A stretch of DNA of 64,000 nucleotides from Deltaproteobacteria bacterium (GCA_016874775.1 VGTJ01000001.1:40887-104886); one strand, 5' to 3'; positions 9,160-18,556 are shown, numbered from the stretch's first letter. Translations and numbers: made by a program. The notes: generated from the sequence alone by a model not told the origin.

Positions 9160-9250
9160 CCACCCTTCGACAAGCTCAGGGTGTACGGGAGAGATACGGA
9201 AACGCTTGAACATTATCCGTTCGTGCTGAGCCTGTCGAAGCATGAACCGC
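9160..9250. repeat. palindromic intergenic repeat of the PFVLSLSKHE spurious-ORF type
   Basis: Arms cttcgacaagctcagg (9165-9180) and ctgagcctgtcgaag (9226-9240) are inverted repeats with one mismatch. The element sits between convergent genes and generates the fake ORF 8863..9252. Confidence 0.6.
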
Positions 9251-9713
9251 ATTCATACGGCACCTCACATTTAGGAGCCCTATAGTAACCAGCATCGTAG
9301 TGGAGAGTTAAGAGTTAAGAATGGAGGAAAAGAGGGCTCAGCTCTTTCTCAGTTCTTTTTCTGACTCTTCACGCTTCACTCTTAATTCTTCACTGACTTC
9401 CTATTGTTTACTTGTTGTCTGTAACGCCAACTCATCGAGCAATGTCTTGGCTGCCTGTAAGTCGGCAGTGTCGAACCCTTCAGTAAACCATGCGTACACT
9501 TCAGATAACATCCTGTGTGTTTCAGCCAGAGCTGGCAGTTGCGCAGATGATGGTGCGTGAGTCGTGTTGCGTGATGTCCGCTCATCTACTTGATGTTGTC
9601 GCAACCTCGCGAGACTCATCACGGCGCGCAACTCTAGCGATTTGGCGTGCTGTTGTTGAGCGATAGCGATAGCTTTGAGGAAACACTCCTCCACCTCCCG
9701 CATCACCCCATTG

Positions 9714-9786
9714 GGGGCTAGAGACTTGAGACTAGGGGCTTGTGGGGAAAAACCAGTCTCTAACCTCCAGCCTCTAGCCTCCGCGA
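9714..9786. repeat. ~70-bp palindromic element (gagacttg...agcctctagcctcc), copy 1, in-frame inside the regulator TPR region
   Basis: It shares gagacttg, ggggcttg/ccaagcc and agcctctagcctcc with the copy at 12109-12180. It has terminal inverted repeats ggctagag/ctctagcc and encodes the peptide RGWRLETGFSPQAPSLKSLAPNG. Confidence 0.5.
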
Positions 9787-12108
9787 GCGTTAGCTCGCCC
9801 TTGAGCCGATACAACTCCGCTTCATAAAACCGTTCGCCGGTGCTGTCTGCGATCTTCAGTGCTTCTTCCAATAATGACAATCCTTCTACGGCCTGTCCGA
9901 CTTTGCCATCGGCTTCGGCTAGCATGGCCAAATACTGGGTGCGCTCGGATTCAGAACCGATCGCGCGCAATGCGTCGAGGCCTTCATGGATTCGTGCGAT
10001 CCCGGCCTCATCTTGGTCTCGCTCTGTGAGTGCCCAGCCGGAAAACAACGTGCCGACCGCTGTCCACAGCGGAAAGCCGTATTCTCGCGACAAGGTTAAG
10101 ATATCGTTCGCCCGTTCCTGCACAAGTTGTTCTTCGCGTTGAAAGCGATGAAACTGAGCTGAGAGTCCCAACGCTGTTGTATGCACGTGTGGATGAGAGA
10201 CTTCATGGGCAAGCGTCAGAGCCGCATTGTTCCGTTGGCGGGCTTGATCGGGATAGCCACGAAACCACAGCGTCCAGGCGGCAAAGGCGCGTGAGGCGAC
10301 ACCAGGATCATCGCCGTAGAGCAACGCAATCGTACGGTGTCGTTGCACATCATAAAGGGCGATGCTCTGGTGAGATGTTCCTGAGCTGTAACGAGATCGC
10401 CGAGCAGAAACAGTACGTAGCCAAGCATGCCGTGTGCGCCCATGAGTAACGTTTGGTCGTGGGCATGTTGCGCGAGCTGTAGCAGTTGGTTAGCCAATTC
10501 TCGTGCGATAGCGAATTGTCCGCGGACAACGTAGTGGCGATAGAGCCCTGCCAGCGCGGGAAAGAGGGGTGGGGTAACCCCGATTTCTTGACATAACGTT
10601 CGGGCCTCAGCATACACAGCTTCCACCTCGGGTGCGGCGTGGCCTTTGGCTGTGACTAACGAGCCGCCAAGAATGAGCCGTAAAGACAGCTCTTGCTGTT
10701 TCCGTTCTTGGCAGTCAGGGAGATGAGTCAGTAACGACAAGGCTTTGGTGAAGTGCAGGATTGCTTCTTGGTGCGCATGGCGTCGAGTTGCGTTCCTGCC
10801 TGCTTGCCACCGATGGTGCAGCGCGCGAGGATAATCCCGTCCTTGCTCGAAACGTATGGCCAGTTCGGTTGCGATTTCTCGTGCCCGGCTTCCATACGCG
10901 GCTTCGAGTTGTTCGCCGATACGTTGATGTTGGATGATGCGTTGGCGTGCTGTGAGACGCTCAGCGAGAACTTGCTGATGCAAGACATGGAAGAAGCGAT
11001 AACGGGAAGTGACCATGCCATTGGGCCACTCTTCGGTGCCTTTGCGTTGGAGAAACAGGGACTGACGTACGAGTCCCTCACAGCTGGCTTCTACTGCATC
11101 GATGTCCTCGCTCGCGCCTGCGGCAACTGCGGCAGCGGAAAACTCTCTTCCGATGATGCTTGCCGTTTGCAGTATGCGTTGCGCACTGTCGCTGACCTGG
11201 TCAATCTGATGCTCGATGAAGGCATGGAGACCACCGGGAATATCGAGATATTGCACCGTTTGCTGGAAACTCCAGTCACCGCCGCGACCGTCATTCACTT
11301 CTCGTGACACAATATAGTCCACTAAACTGACCATAAACAGCGGGTTGCCCTCTGTACGTTGATGAATCATCTGGGCGAATTGTTGGAGTCCAGACTGCAC
11401 GGCGGGTGCAGCGATAGGGAGACGCGTGGTGATGTAGTCTGCAACCGCAGCGAGTGAGAGCGGCTTGATGACCAGCTCTTCGCAATAGTGGTGAACCTGG
11501 AGATCGTACTTCAACGATTTTAGTGGATGGTTATGCTGTTCTACATCGCTCAGGCGATAGGTCGCGATGATGAGGAGCCGCGCAGGCTGCGGACGACGTG
11601 CGACATACGACAGGAGATCAAGGGTGGCGCTGTCACTCCAGTGAAGATCGGCAAAATGAAACACGAGTGTCTGTTGCTCGGTCAGTGCTTCCAACGCTTC
11701 AGCCAGTTCTCGCAGCATCCGTTCTTTTGTGGAGCTGAGCACACGGGGGCGCAGCGCTTCGAGTGTTTCGTTGGTCACGACGCTCGGCATCTGCGCGAGC
11801 CAGGTCGGTGCGTTCCGACTCAGCGTGTCAACGATGTGTTCATGATCTGGTGCGCGGCAGAGTTGCGTCAATGCTTCCAGCACTGGCATGTACGGCTCGC
11901 CTTCACCAAACTGCGCCAGGCAGTGGCCGCGCGAAATAGCAACGTCCGCGTGGCCCGTCAATCGTTCTAGAAATGTTTCCACGACCGTGGTCTTACCGAT
12001 CCCTGCTTCGCCAGTAACGAACACTATCTGGCGTCTCCCAGTTTTGGCAGCACCTAACCAAGAGTGAAGTTGTGTCAGTTCTGCGTTGCGGCCAACGAGA
12101 CTGGAGGC

Positions 12109-12180
12109 GAGAGACTTGTAGGTTTGCAGGAGGGGGAGGGAGGACCAGCCCCAAGCCTCTAGCCTCCAGCCCCAAGGTGG
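12109..12180. repeat. ~70-bp palindromic element, copy 2, coinciding with the frame switch between the winged-helix and ATPase parts of the regulator
   Basis: It encodes PWGWRLEAWGWSSLPLLQTYKSL in the downstream frame, while the upstream winged-helix frame reads through it out of register. Confidence 0.5.
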
Positions 12181-12511
12181 GCGGCGTGGAGGTGGCAAGC
12201 GGAGCGATAAACTGATACCCGCGTCGATGCACGGTCTCAATAAACTGTGGAGCCTTTGCCTGGTCAGCTAAAGCTTCACGAATTTCGCGAATGCAAACTT
12301 TCAGGACAGCAGCACTCACACGAACATCCGGCCACAGCGCTGCGAAGAGTTCCTCTTTGGTGACTAACTGACCAGCGCGTCCGACGAGATAACACAATAC
12401 TGAGAAGGTTTTGGGTTTAAGCGAGAGTTTTTCAGTGTCACGCCACAGATGCGCGTTGGCCACATCGAGACGAAACGCCCCAAAGCTGACGGTGTGGGTA
12501 TCAATCATGTG

Positions 12512-12555
12512 CTTACCAAAAATTTACCGTACGTTTACCGTAAACTTACCGTAAT
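12512..12555. promoter_or_regulatory. four phased 11-bp direct repeats (YTTACCRWAAN; core TTACCGTA)
   Basis: The repeats are cttaccaaaaa / tttaccgtacg / tttaccgtaaa / cttaccgtaat, with an exact one-helical-turn period. They lie 3 bp from the regulator start codon and upstream of the Cys-rich secreted protein gene. OmpR/SARP-type winged-helix regulators bind phased direct repeats. Confidence 0.45.
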
Positions 12556-12865
12556 TATTCGATTTTTTCCATCTTCTGGAAGGTGTGAGCCGTAAACCCT
12601 CATGTGAGCAGGAGGAGAAAAATGACAAACGAAAAGTGCCGGTCCCTGAAAAAGGTTGGTCGTGCTCCACCGTAGGCCCTCATCACGCGGCTATACATAT
12701 AGGAACAACGACAACAAACACAATTTAGGAGTAACCCTCATGAGCATCAAGATACCACAGGCAAAAACCGACGAACCCTATTCTCTCAACCCACAACTGT
12801 ATGGAGGACATATCATGAAGACATTAGCAGCATCTCTAGACTCACAATTCTTAGGAGAACTCTCT

Positions 12866-13318
12866 ATGAAAGTGAAAGCTTGTCTGCTCGGTTTCATTCT
12901 CGCTCTATTCACTGTTTCCCCCGTCCTTGCCGCGGCTGACTACGAAGACTGGTGGCTCTGCGCCAACGAATGCGCGCCTAGCGATTCCGCCTGTGTCGAT
13001 AAGTGTACTGACGACTACAATAAGACGCATGCTACTCCCTATCCGGCGGACCTCTGCATTCAGGTATTGACCGATACTGGCTTTTTGACGGCAAAGACGG
13101 GATTAGAACGCGCCTCGCATGTGAAAGGACTAAAGCTCAAACGTGGGACAACTGAGGGGGTTGCGTGTGATGGGAAACCCGGCCTCGTCACTCCGTGCCC
13201 AGCCGGTTCGGTGCCGACTCCGTTCCAGATGCCAGTGTACGATAACGCTGGACTCTTTGTGACATGTTACAAGACCATCTCAGTCTGTGTCCCGGCAACC
13301 CTAGAACCTGCGAAATAG
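12866..13318 (+). CDS. secreted cysteine-rich small protein (signal peptide plus about 10 Cys), unknown function
   Basis: MKVKACLLGFILALFTVSPVLAAADYE... is a signal peptide, and an AGGAG Shine-Dalgarno lies 8 nt upstream. An alternative start at 12740 also has an AGGAG. The mature region is rich in Cys, Pro and Gly. Confidence 0.55.
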   Translation: MKVKACLLGFILALFTVSPVLAAADYEDWWLCANECAPSDSACVDKCTDDYNKTHATPYPADLCIQVLTDTGFLTAKTGLERASHVKGLKLKRGTTEGVACDGKPGLVTPCPAGSVPTPFQMPVYDNAGLFVTCYKTISVCVPATLEPAK

Positions 13319-13378
13319 ATACTCCCTAGCTCCTCCTCGTCTTGCTGAGTGCCACTGTCCATATCCGAGAGGTCGAAG

Positions 13379-13422
13379 ACAACCACAGGTCAGTAACTGC
13401 CTGTGGTTGTTTGTCTGTTGTT
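13379..13422 (+). terminator. rho-independent terminator (aaccacagg...cctgtggtt plus a T-rich tract)
   Basis: A perfect 9-bp stem is followed by ttgtttgtctgttgtt, directly after the Cys-rich protein gene. Confidence 0.6.
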
Positions 13423-13689
13423 GGTCTGACTTCTCCCCGCCAAGAGGGTAGTCTGCAGAACGCCATCTAAGGTCCTGTTTTCTCTTGTAAATGAGGACTT
13501 GTCTTCGGAGTAGGTATCTCCTATAGGGATGAGTCTGGCAAAATAGACAACATAGCAGGAATTCCTTCCAAGGACTCCTCTAATAAGGACTACAAGATCA
13601 TTAAGCTATCTGAACGTTCAGCTCTCGATATTCAGGTGGAGGTGCGAGCGAGTACGTTGCATGTAACGAGTCGGCGTCGCTGGCCTGCA

Positions 13690-16581
13690 ATGATGCGCAA
13701 CTTCGTGGTGACTATGATATGGGGATGCGTAGGGCTGTTGAGCTTTGCGGCTCGCGCTGCTGCTGAACCGAGCCTCACTGCTAGTCCTGGCACGCTCGCT
13801 AGCGGCGGAACTGTGACAGTAACCTGGAGTGACATCACGAACCCCACGAGCCGTGACTGGATCGGATTGTATCGTCTGGGATGGGCGGATACGGCCTACT
13901 TATCCTTTCAGTATGTCAATTGCAGCCAAACTCCCGGTGCTACCCCGCGGGCCAGCGGCTCGTGCACCTTCGGACTCGGCGGCTCTGGTAACTACGAATT
14001 CCGTTACTTCCGTAATAATGGGTTTATCAAGGTGGTTACGAGTAATCCGGTGACCGTAGGAGCAACCGGGACGCTGCCGACGGTGAGTATTCAAGCGACG
14101 ACGGCGACGGCAGCAGAAGGGGGAGCAGCCGGGCAGTTCACCGTGAGTCGGACGGGCAGTACGACGAGCGCATTGACGGTGAACTACACGGTCGGCGGGA
14201 CGGCGAGCAGTGGTGGTGATTATCAAGCTCTGAGTGGGAGTGTGACGATCCCAGCCGGGCAGACGACGGCGGTGATTGCGGTGACCCCGGTGGATGATAC
14301 GGCAGTGGAGAGCAATGAGACGGTGGTGGCGACACTGAGCGCGAATGCTGCGTACACGGTGGGGACACCGGCGAGTGCGACGGTGACGATCACGGACAAC
14401 GATGTGGGCAGTGGGCCAACGCTGACGGCAAGTCCGGCTACGATCCCGGTGGGTGGCGCAGTAACTGTGAGTTGGAGTGGCGTGACGAATCCCAGTGAAC
14501 GCGACTGGATTGGGGTGTACCAGCCTGGCCTACCAAATACCGGCTATTTGGCCTGGAAATATGTCAGTTGCTCGCAGACGCCAGGAGTGCCGCGGGCGTC
14601 AGGGTCGTGCACCTTCTTCCCCGCACCCGTCGGCATCTATGAATTCCGCTATCTGCGCAATGATAGCTATACGAGCATCGCTACCAGTAATACGGTCCAT
14701 GCGAGCGCAGTAACCGTGCCTAGCGGATTTAACCAGTCAATTTATGTCAATACGCTCATCGCGCCAACCGCGATGGCCTTTGCGCCTGATGGGCGGCTGT
14801 TTATCGCCGAGCAAAGTGGTCGAATACGTATCGTTACCGCGGATGGTACGCTGCTACCAACCCCCTTTGTTGATCTCGCTCCCCAGATTAGTACCGGCAG
14901 CGAGCGTGGGCTCCTTGGGATTGCGGTTGATCCCAACAGTACCCCTCTCTATGTCTATGTTTACTACACAGCCAGCGTGCCAGCGCCCCACATTCGGATC
15001 AGTCGCCTGGTTGCCAGTAGTAACCAGGTCAACCTGAGCAGTGAAGAGATCTTTCTTGAACTTGACAACGTCGTTGCCGGGAACCTGAATGGTGGTGGAT
15101 TGCATTTCGGCAGTGATGGCAAGCTGTATATTGCCACTGGGGAGAACTCTAGCCCCAATCTCTCGCAGATGTTGATTAGCACCTTGGGCAAGATACTGCG
15201 GGTCAACCCTAATCCGGCGAGCTTTATTCCAGCGGACAACCCGTTCGTGGCGCAAACGACCGGGAGAAATCAGGCCATCTATGCGCTTGGTCTCCGCAAC
15301 CCCTTTACCTTTGCGGTCCATCCAGCCAACGGCAGAATCTTTGTCAACGATGTCGGGCGCTTGGATTTTGAGGAGGTGAACGAAATTGGGCGGGGGCTGA
15401 ACTATGGCTGGCCGTTGTGCGAAGGACCGTGTAACGACGTGCGTTTCACCAATCCCGTCTATGCCTATGACCACGCGCAGGGGTGTGCGGTGACCGGCGG
15501 AGTGTTTGATGATCCCCGCGTAGCCCAACTGCCGTCTGTGTATGAGGGGAATTACTTCTTTGCAGATTGTTGCAATGGCTGGATTCGCCGACTAGATCCG
15601 GCCAATGGGAACACTGTAAGTGATTTTTCTTCGGGCTATGGGCGCATCGTCGATCTAGACTTTGGACCTGACGGAGCGCTCTATGTCCTCGACGCGAATT
15701 ATTACGATGGTGGTGCACTTCTGCGCACCGTGTATCAACCGACCAACCAACCGCCCAGCATTACGTTACACCCGGCGAATGGGCGTGTCGGGATAGGACA
15801 GGCGGCCACCTTTACGGTTAGTGCGTTGGGCACACCTCCATTGACCTATCAGTGGCAGAAAAACGGTAGTGATATTCCGGGGGCGACGACAGCCTCGTAT
15901 CTCACGCCCAGTGCTATCCTGGCTGACAATGGCGCAACCTTCCGTTGTCGCGTGACGAATGCATTTGGGACTGCCACCAGCAATGCTGCCACACTCACTG
16001 TGATCGGACAGGCGCCATCAGCTTCCATTGTGCTGCCTGCACTTGGGACGTTGTATACGGCTGGGCAACCAGTGAATTTCTCTGGGCAGGCGTCAGACCC
16101 CGAAGATGGCGTATTACCGCCGTCAGCTTTTACCTGGGATGTGGATTTCCATCACGACGACACTGGTGAGCATGTTCACCCTGCCGATCCGCCGGTGAGC
16201 GGCATTGTCAGTGGGTCATTCACCCCGCCGACCAATGAGGAAGCCTCAGCGAACGTGTGGTATCGGATAATCTTGACCGTGAGAGATTCCGATGATTTGA
16301 CGTTTACGACGTATAGCGATGTTTATCCGCGTACCGCGTTGATAAGCTTGGCCACGAACGTACCGGGGCTACAGCTGACGCTTGGTGGGACTCCGGTGAC
16401 GGTGCCACACGCAGTGCTTGCAGTGGTTGGGCACGAGCATACGTTAAGTGCACCCCTCACACAGACGATCAATGGGCTGACGTATATATTCACCGGCTGG
16501 TCCGATGGTGGTGCGGCAACGCATACCATTACGACGCCAGAGACCGATACGACGTACACTGCTAACTACCAACTGCAGTGA
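13690..16581 (+). CDS. large secreted multidomain protein: duplicated unclassified ~95-aa domain, Calx-beta, PQQ-dependent sugar dehydrogenase-like beta-propeller, Ig-like domain, C-terminal beta-sandwich region
   Basis: Signal peptide MMRNFVVTMIWGCVGLLSFAARAAA.
- Two copies of the unclassified domain have the pattern TVTWS..TNP..RDWIGLY..C.QTPG..RASGSCTF..YEFRY.
- The Calx-beta region reads ATTATAAEGG..FTVSRTGST..LTVNYTV.
- AFAPDGRLFIAEQSGRIRIV...NYGWP is typical of the soluble glucose/sorbosone dehydrogenase family.
- LTYQWQKNGSDIPGATTASY is an I-set Ig-like repeat. Confidence 0.85.
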   Translation: MMRNFVVTMIWGCVGLLSFAARAAAEPSLTASPGTLASGGTVTVTWSDITNPTSRDWIGLYRLGWADTAYLSFQYVNCSQTPGATPRASGSCTFGLGGSGNYEFRYFRNNGFIKVVTSNPVTVGATGTLPTVSIQATTATAAEGGAAGQFTVSRTGSTTSALTVNYTVGGTASSGGDYQALSGSVTIPAGQTTAVIAVTPVDDTAVESNETVVATLSANAAYTVGTPASATVTITDNDVGSGPTLTASPATIPVGGAVTVSWSGVTNPSERDWIGVYQPGLPNTGYLAWKYVSCSQTPGVPRASGSCTFFPAPVGIYEFRYLRNDSYTSIATSNTVHASAVTVPSGFNQSIYVNTLIAPTAMAFAPDGRLFIAEQSGRIRIVTADGTLLPTPFVDLAPQISTGSERGLLGIAVDPNSTPLYVYVYYTASVPAPHIRISRLVASSNQVNLSSEEIFLELDNVVAGNLNGGGLHFGSDGKLYIATGENSSPNLSQMLISTLGKILRVNPNPASFIPADNPFVAQTTGRNQAIYALGLRNPFTFAVHPANGRIFVNDVGRLDFEEVNEIGRGLNYGWPLCEGPCNDVRFTNPVYAYDHAQGCAVTGGVFDDPRVAQLPSVYEGNYFFADCCNGWIRRLDPANGNTVSDFSSGYGRIVDLDFGPDGALYVLDANYYDGGALLRTVYQPTNQPPSITLHPANGRVGIGQAATFTVSALGTPPLTYQWQKNGSDIPGATTASYLTPSAILADNGATFRCRVTNAFGTATSNAATLTVIGQAPSASIVLPALGTLYTAGQPVNFSGQASDPEDGVLPPSAFTWDVDFHHDDTGEHVHPADPPVSGIVSGSFTPPTNEEASANVWYRIILTVRDSDDLTFTTYSDVYPRTALISLATNVPGLQLTLGGTPVTVPHAVLAVVGHEHTLSAPLTQTINGLTYIFTGWSDGGAATHTITTPETDTTYTANYQLQ

Positions 16582-16614
16582 GGTGGAGAGGGGGCGCTTT
16601 TGTAAATCCTGTCT

Positions 16615-16659
16615 GATGTGTGCCATTCCTAAAGTTTGGGTTTAGCAATGGCACACATC
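16615..16659. terminator. bidirectional terminator hairpin between convergent genes
   Basis: gatgtgtgccatt...aatggcacacatc is a perfect 13-bp stem with a 19-nt loop. Confidence 0.55.
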
Positions 16660-16685
16660 GGCCTTTCCAGGTTTCGCCAAGAGGA

Positions 16686-17309
16686 TCACATCATCGCCGC
16701 ACCAAATTGCATCGCGAGCGCCATATCACCCGTAACTTTGATAATCCCGCCCATGAAAGCCATCTGTGGATTGATCTCGCCACGGGCCATCTTTTGCGCA
16801 TCTTCGGCTTTCATTGACATCACTGTTTGTGGTTTCTCGGGGTGCTCGCCGTCACCAAAATGAATAAGAAAACTATGCTCGCCGCCTTCAGGGATGTTGG
16901 TGAAGGTGAACTGCAACAGCCCTTTGAGTTTCTGTAAGCGCTCGAAGCGTGATTTGGTCAGTTCACCTTGATTGTTTTTGCCTCCAGGACCGAACAGACC
17001 AGAATCCGTTGCTAACGATGCCGCCCAATCGAAGTAGGCACGTGATTGGTACACGGTCATCACTGGCGGAAACGCGGCCTCTTGCTCGGCGCGCATTTCC
17101 CCGCTCTTCACATTGAGACACCAGGTGCCGCCCCCGTCACCTTCGACGACGATGCGAACTGTGCCCTGCGCGGTTTGTCGTTCCTGAATTTGTTGCTGAA
17201 TGGTGAGGATTTGTCGTTGCAGATCATCGATACGGCGACGAAACTGCGGCGCGATTTTCTCGCTGAAGAATACCTCTGGAGTAATCGGCGTCGTTTTGTT
17301 CTCTGCCAT
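16686..17309 (-). CDS. SCP2 sterol-binding domain protein
   Basis: The C-terminus AQKMARGEINPQMAFMGGIIKVTGDMALAMQFGAAM matches the SCP2 signature. Confidence 0.7.
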   Translation of the reverse strand: MAENKTTPITPEVFFSEKIAPQFRRRIDDLQRQILTIQQQIQERQTAQGTVRIVVEGDGGGTWCLNVKSGEMRAEQEAAFPPVMTVYQSRAYFDWAASLATDSGLFGPGGKNNQGELTKSRFERLQKLKGLLQFTFTNIPEGGEHSFLIHFGDGEHPEKPQTVMSMKAEDAQKMARGEINPQMAFMGGIIKVTGDMALAMQFGAAMM

Positions 17310-17329
17310 GCGTGTCTCCTTGAGACTGT

Positions 17330-18520
17330 TTAATGAAGAGCATCGTGCATAATCGCAATCGCTTGGTCAATTTCACTCGTCGAAATAATCAGCGGTGGTG
17401 CGAGACGGACAACCGTATCGCGGTGCAATGTCCATCCTAGAATGAGACCCGCAGCGAAACAATGCTGAACAAAGTGTTTGGTGGCTTCTGGTGAGGCGAA
17501 GTCCATGCCGATCATTAATCCGCGACCACGAACATTGGTGAACTCCCCGTGCCCGACGAGCGAGCGAAGCTGAGACAGTAGTTCTTGTCCTTTTTCCTGC
17601 GCTCGCTGCGGAAGATTCGTCTCTAACATAAAGTTCAACGACGCGAGACCGGCGGCACAGCACACCGGGTGACCGCCAAAAGTTGTGACATGAGCGAGTG
17701 GAGGATCAGTGGAGAGGGTGGCCATAATTTCAGGCGTGCTCATAAAAGCGCCAAGCGGCATGCCGCCGCCGAGGGCCTTTGCCAATACCATAATATCTGG
17801 CGTTATTTGCCAATGCTCAGCCGCGAACATTTTTCCGGTGCGACTGAAGCCAGTGATCACTTCGTCGAAGATCAGGAGTGCGCCGACGTCATCACAACGA
17901 CGCCGGAGGGTAGGAAGAAAGTCGTCATCAGGAATGCGCACGCCACCTTCACCTTGAATTGGCTCGATAAGCACTGCGGCAATCGTCTCATCAATGCTAT
18001 CGAGTGCAGTTGTGACGTTAAATGGTAGAAACGTGACGTCTGGCAGAAGCGGCTCAAACGGCTCACGGTAGAGTGGGTTGCCACCGACGGATAACGAGCC
18101 GAACGTATCACCATGAAAGCTACCAAAGAAACTGACGAAACCTGAGCGGCCAGTATATTTGCGCGCAGTTTTCAGTGCCCCTTCGATGGCTTCAGTGCCA
18201 CTGTTGGTGAAATAGGTCACAGACAGTGGCGATGGAGCGACCTCAGCCAATCGTTGTGCAAGTCGCACTTGTGGTTCCTGCACGTACTCGCCATAGACCA
18301 TCGCATGCAGGTAACGCTCGGCCTGTTCCTTGATCGCGTTTATAACTGCCGGATGCGTATGGCCGATACTGGCGACACCGATGCCAGAGAGAAAATCGAG
18401 ATACTCCGTGCCATTTTTATCGACGACCACACAGCCGTGCGCACGGGCGACTTCGATACCCATTGGTTCGGGGGAGGTTTGGCAGACATAGCGAAAAAAT
18501 GCTTCTCGCGAAGTAGGCAT
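17330..18520 (-). CDS. class-III PLP-dependent aminotransferase (acetylornithine/GABA aminotransferase-like)
   Basis: LIFDEVITGFSRTGKMFAAEHWQITPDIMVLAKALGGG contains the PLP-lysine region, and YLDFLSGIGVASIGHTHP is class-III typical. The start is taken at ATG 18520, because the upstream ATG at 18568 lies inside a solo gtcattc hairpin repeat. Confidence 0.8.
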   Translation of the reverse strand: MPTSREAFFRYVCQTSPEPMGIEVARAHGCVVVDKNGTEYLDFLSGIGVASIGHTHPAVINAIKEQAERYLHAMVYGEYVQEPQVRLAQRLAEVAPSPLSVTYFTNSGTEAIEGALKTARKYTGRSGFVSFFGSFHGDTFGSLSVGGNPLYREPFEPLLPDVTFLPFNVTTALDSIDETIAAVLIEPIQGEGGVRIPDDDFLPTLRRRCDDVGALLIFDEVITGFSRTGKMFAAEHWQITPDIMVLAKALGGGMPLGAFMSTPEIMATLSTDPPLAHVTTFGGHPVCCAAGLASLNFMLETNLPQRAQEKGQELLSQLRSLVGHGEFTNVRGRGLMIGMDFASPEATKHFVQHCFAAGLILGWTLHRDTVVRLAPPLIISTSEIDQAIAIMHDALH

Positions 18521-18556
18521 AGGAAAAAAATACGTGAGTCGAGCAAGAAGCACTAG

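Larger units (their letters stand above)
9401..12508 (-). pseudogene. STAND-type transcriptional regulator (OmpR/PhoB-like winged-helix domain, AAA/NB-ARC ATPase, TPR array) disrupted by at least two frameshifts
   Basis: Three overlapping minus ORFs are the consecutive parts of one protein.
- 12508..11993 encodes the winged helix (FRLDVANAHLWRD...VHRRGYQF).
- 12240..10216 encodes the Walker A GEAGIGKT and TPR repeats.
- 10348..9401 encodes the TPR C-terminus, ending ...WFTEGFDTADLQAAKTLLDEL.
The frame switches lie near 12110-12185 and near 10320-10350. Confidence 0.6.

Noticed and set aside
8863-9252. 129-aa minus-strand ORF
   Set aside because: Its sequence (..PVHPELVEGW..) is generated by the palindromic intergenic repeat at 9160-9250 and overlaps the crotonase gene 3' end.
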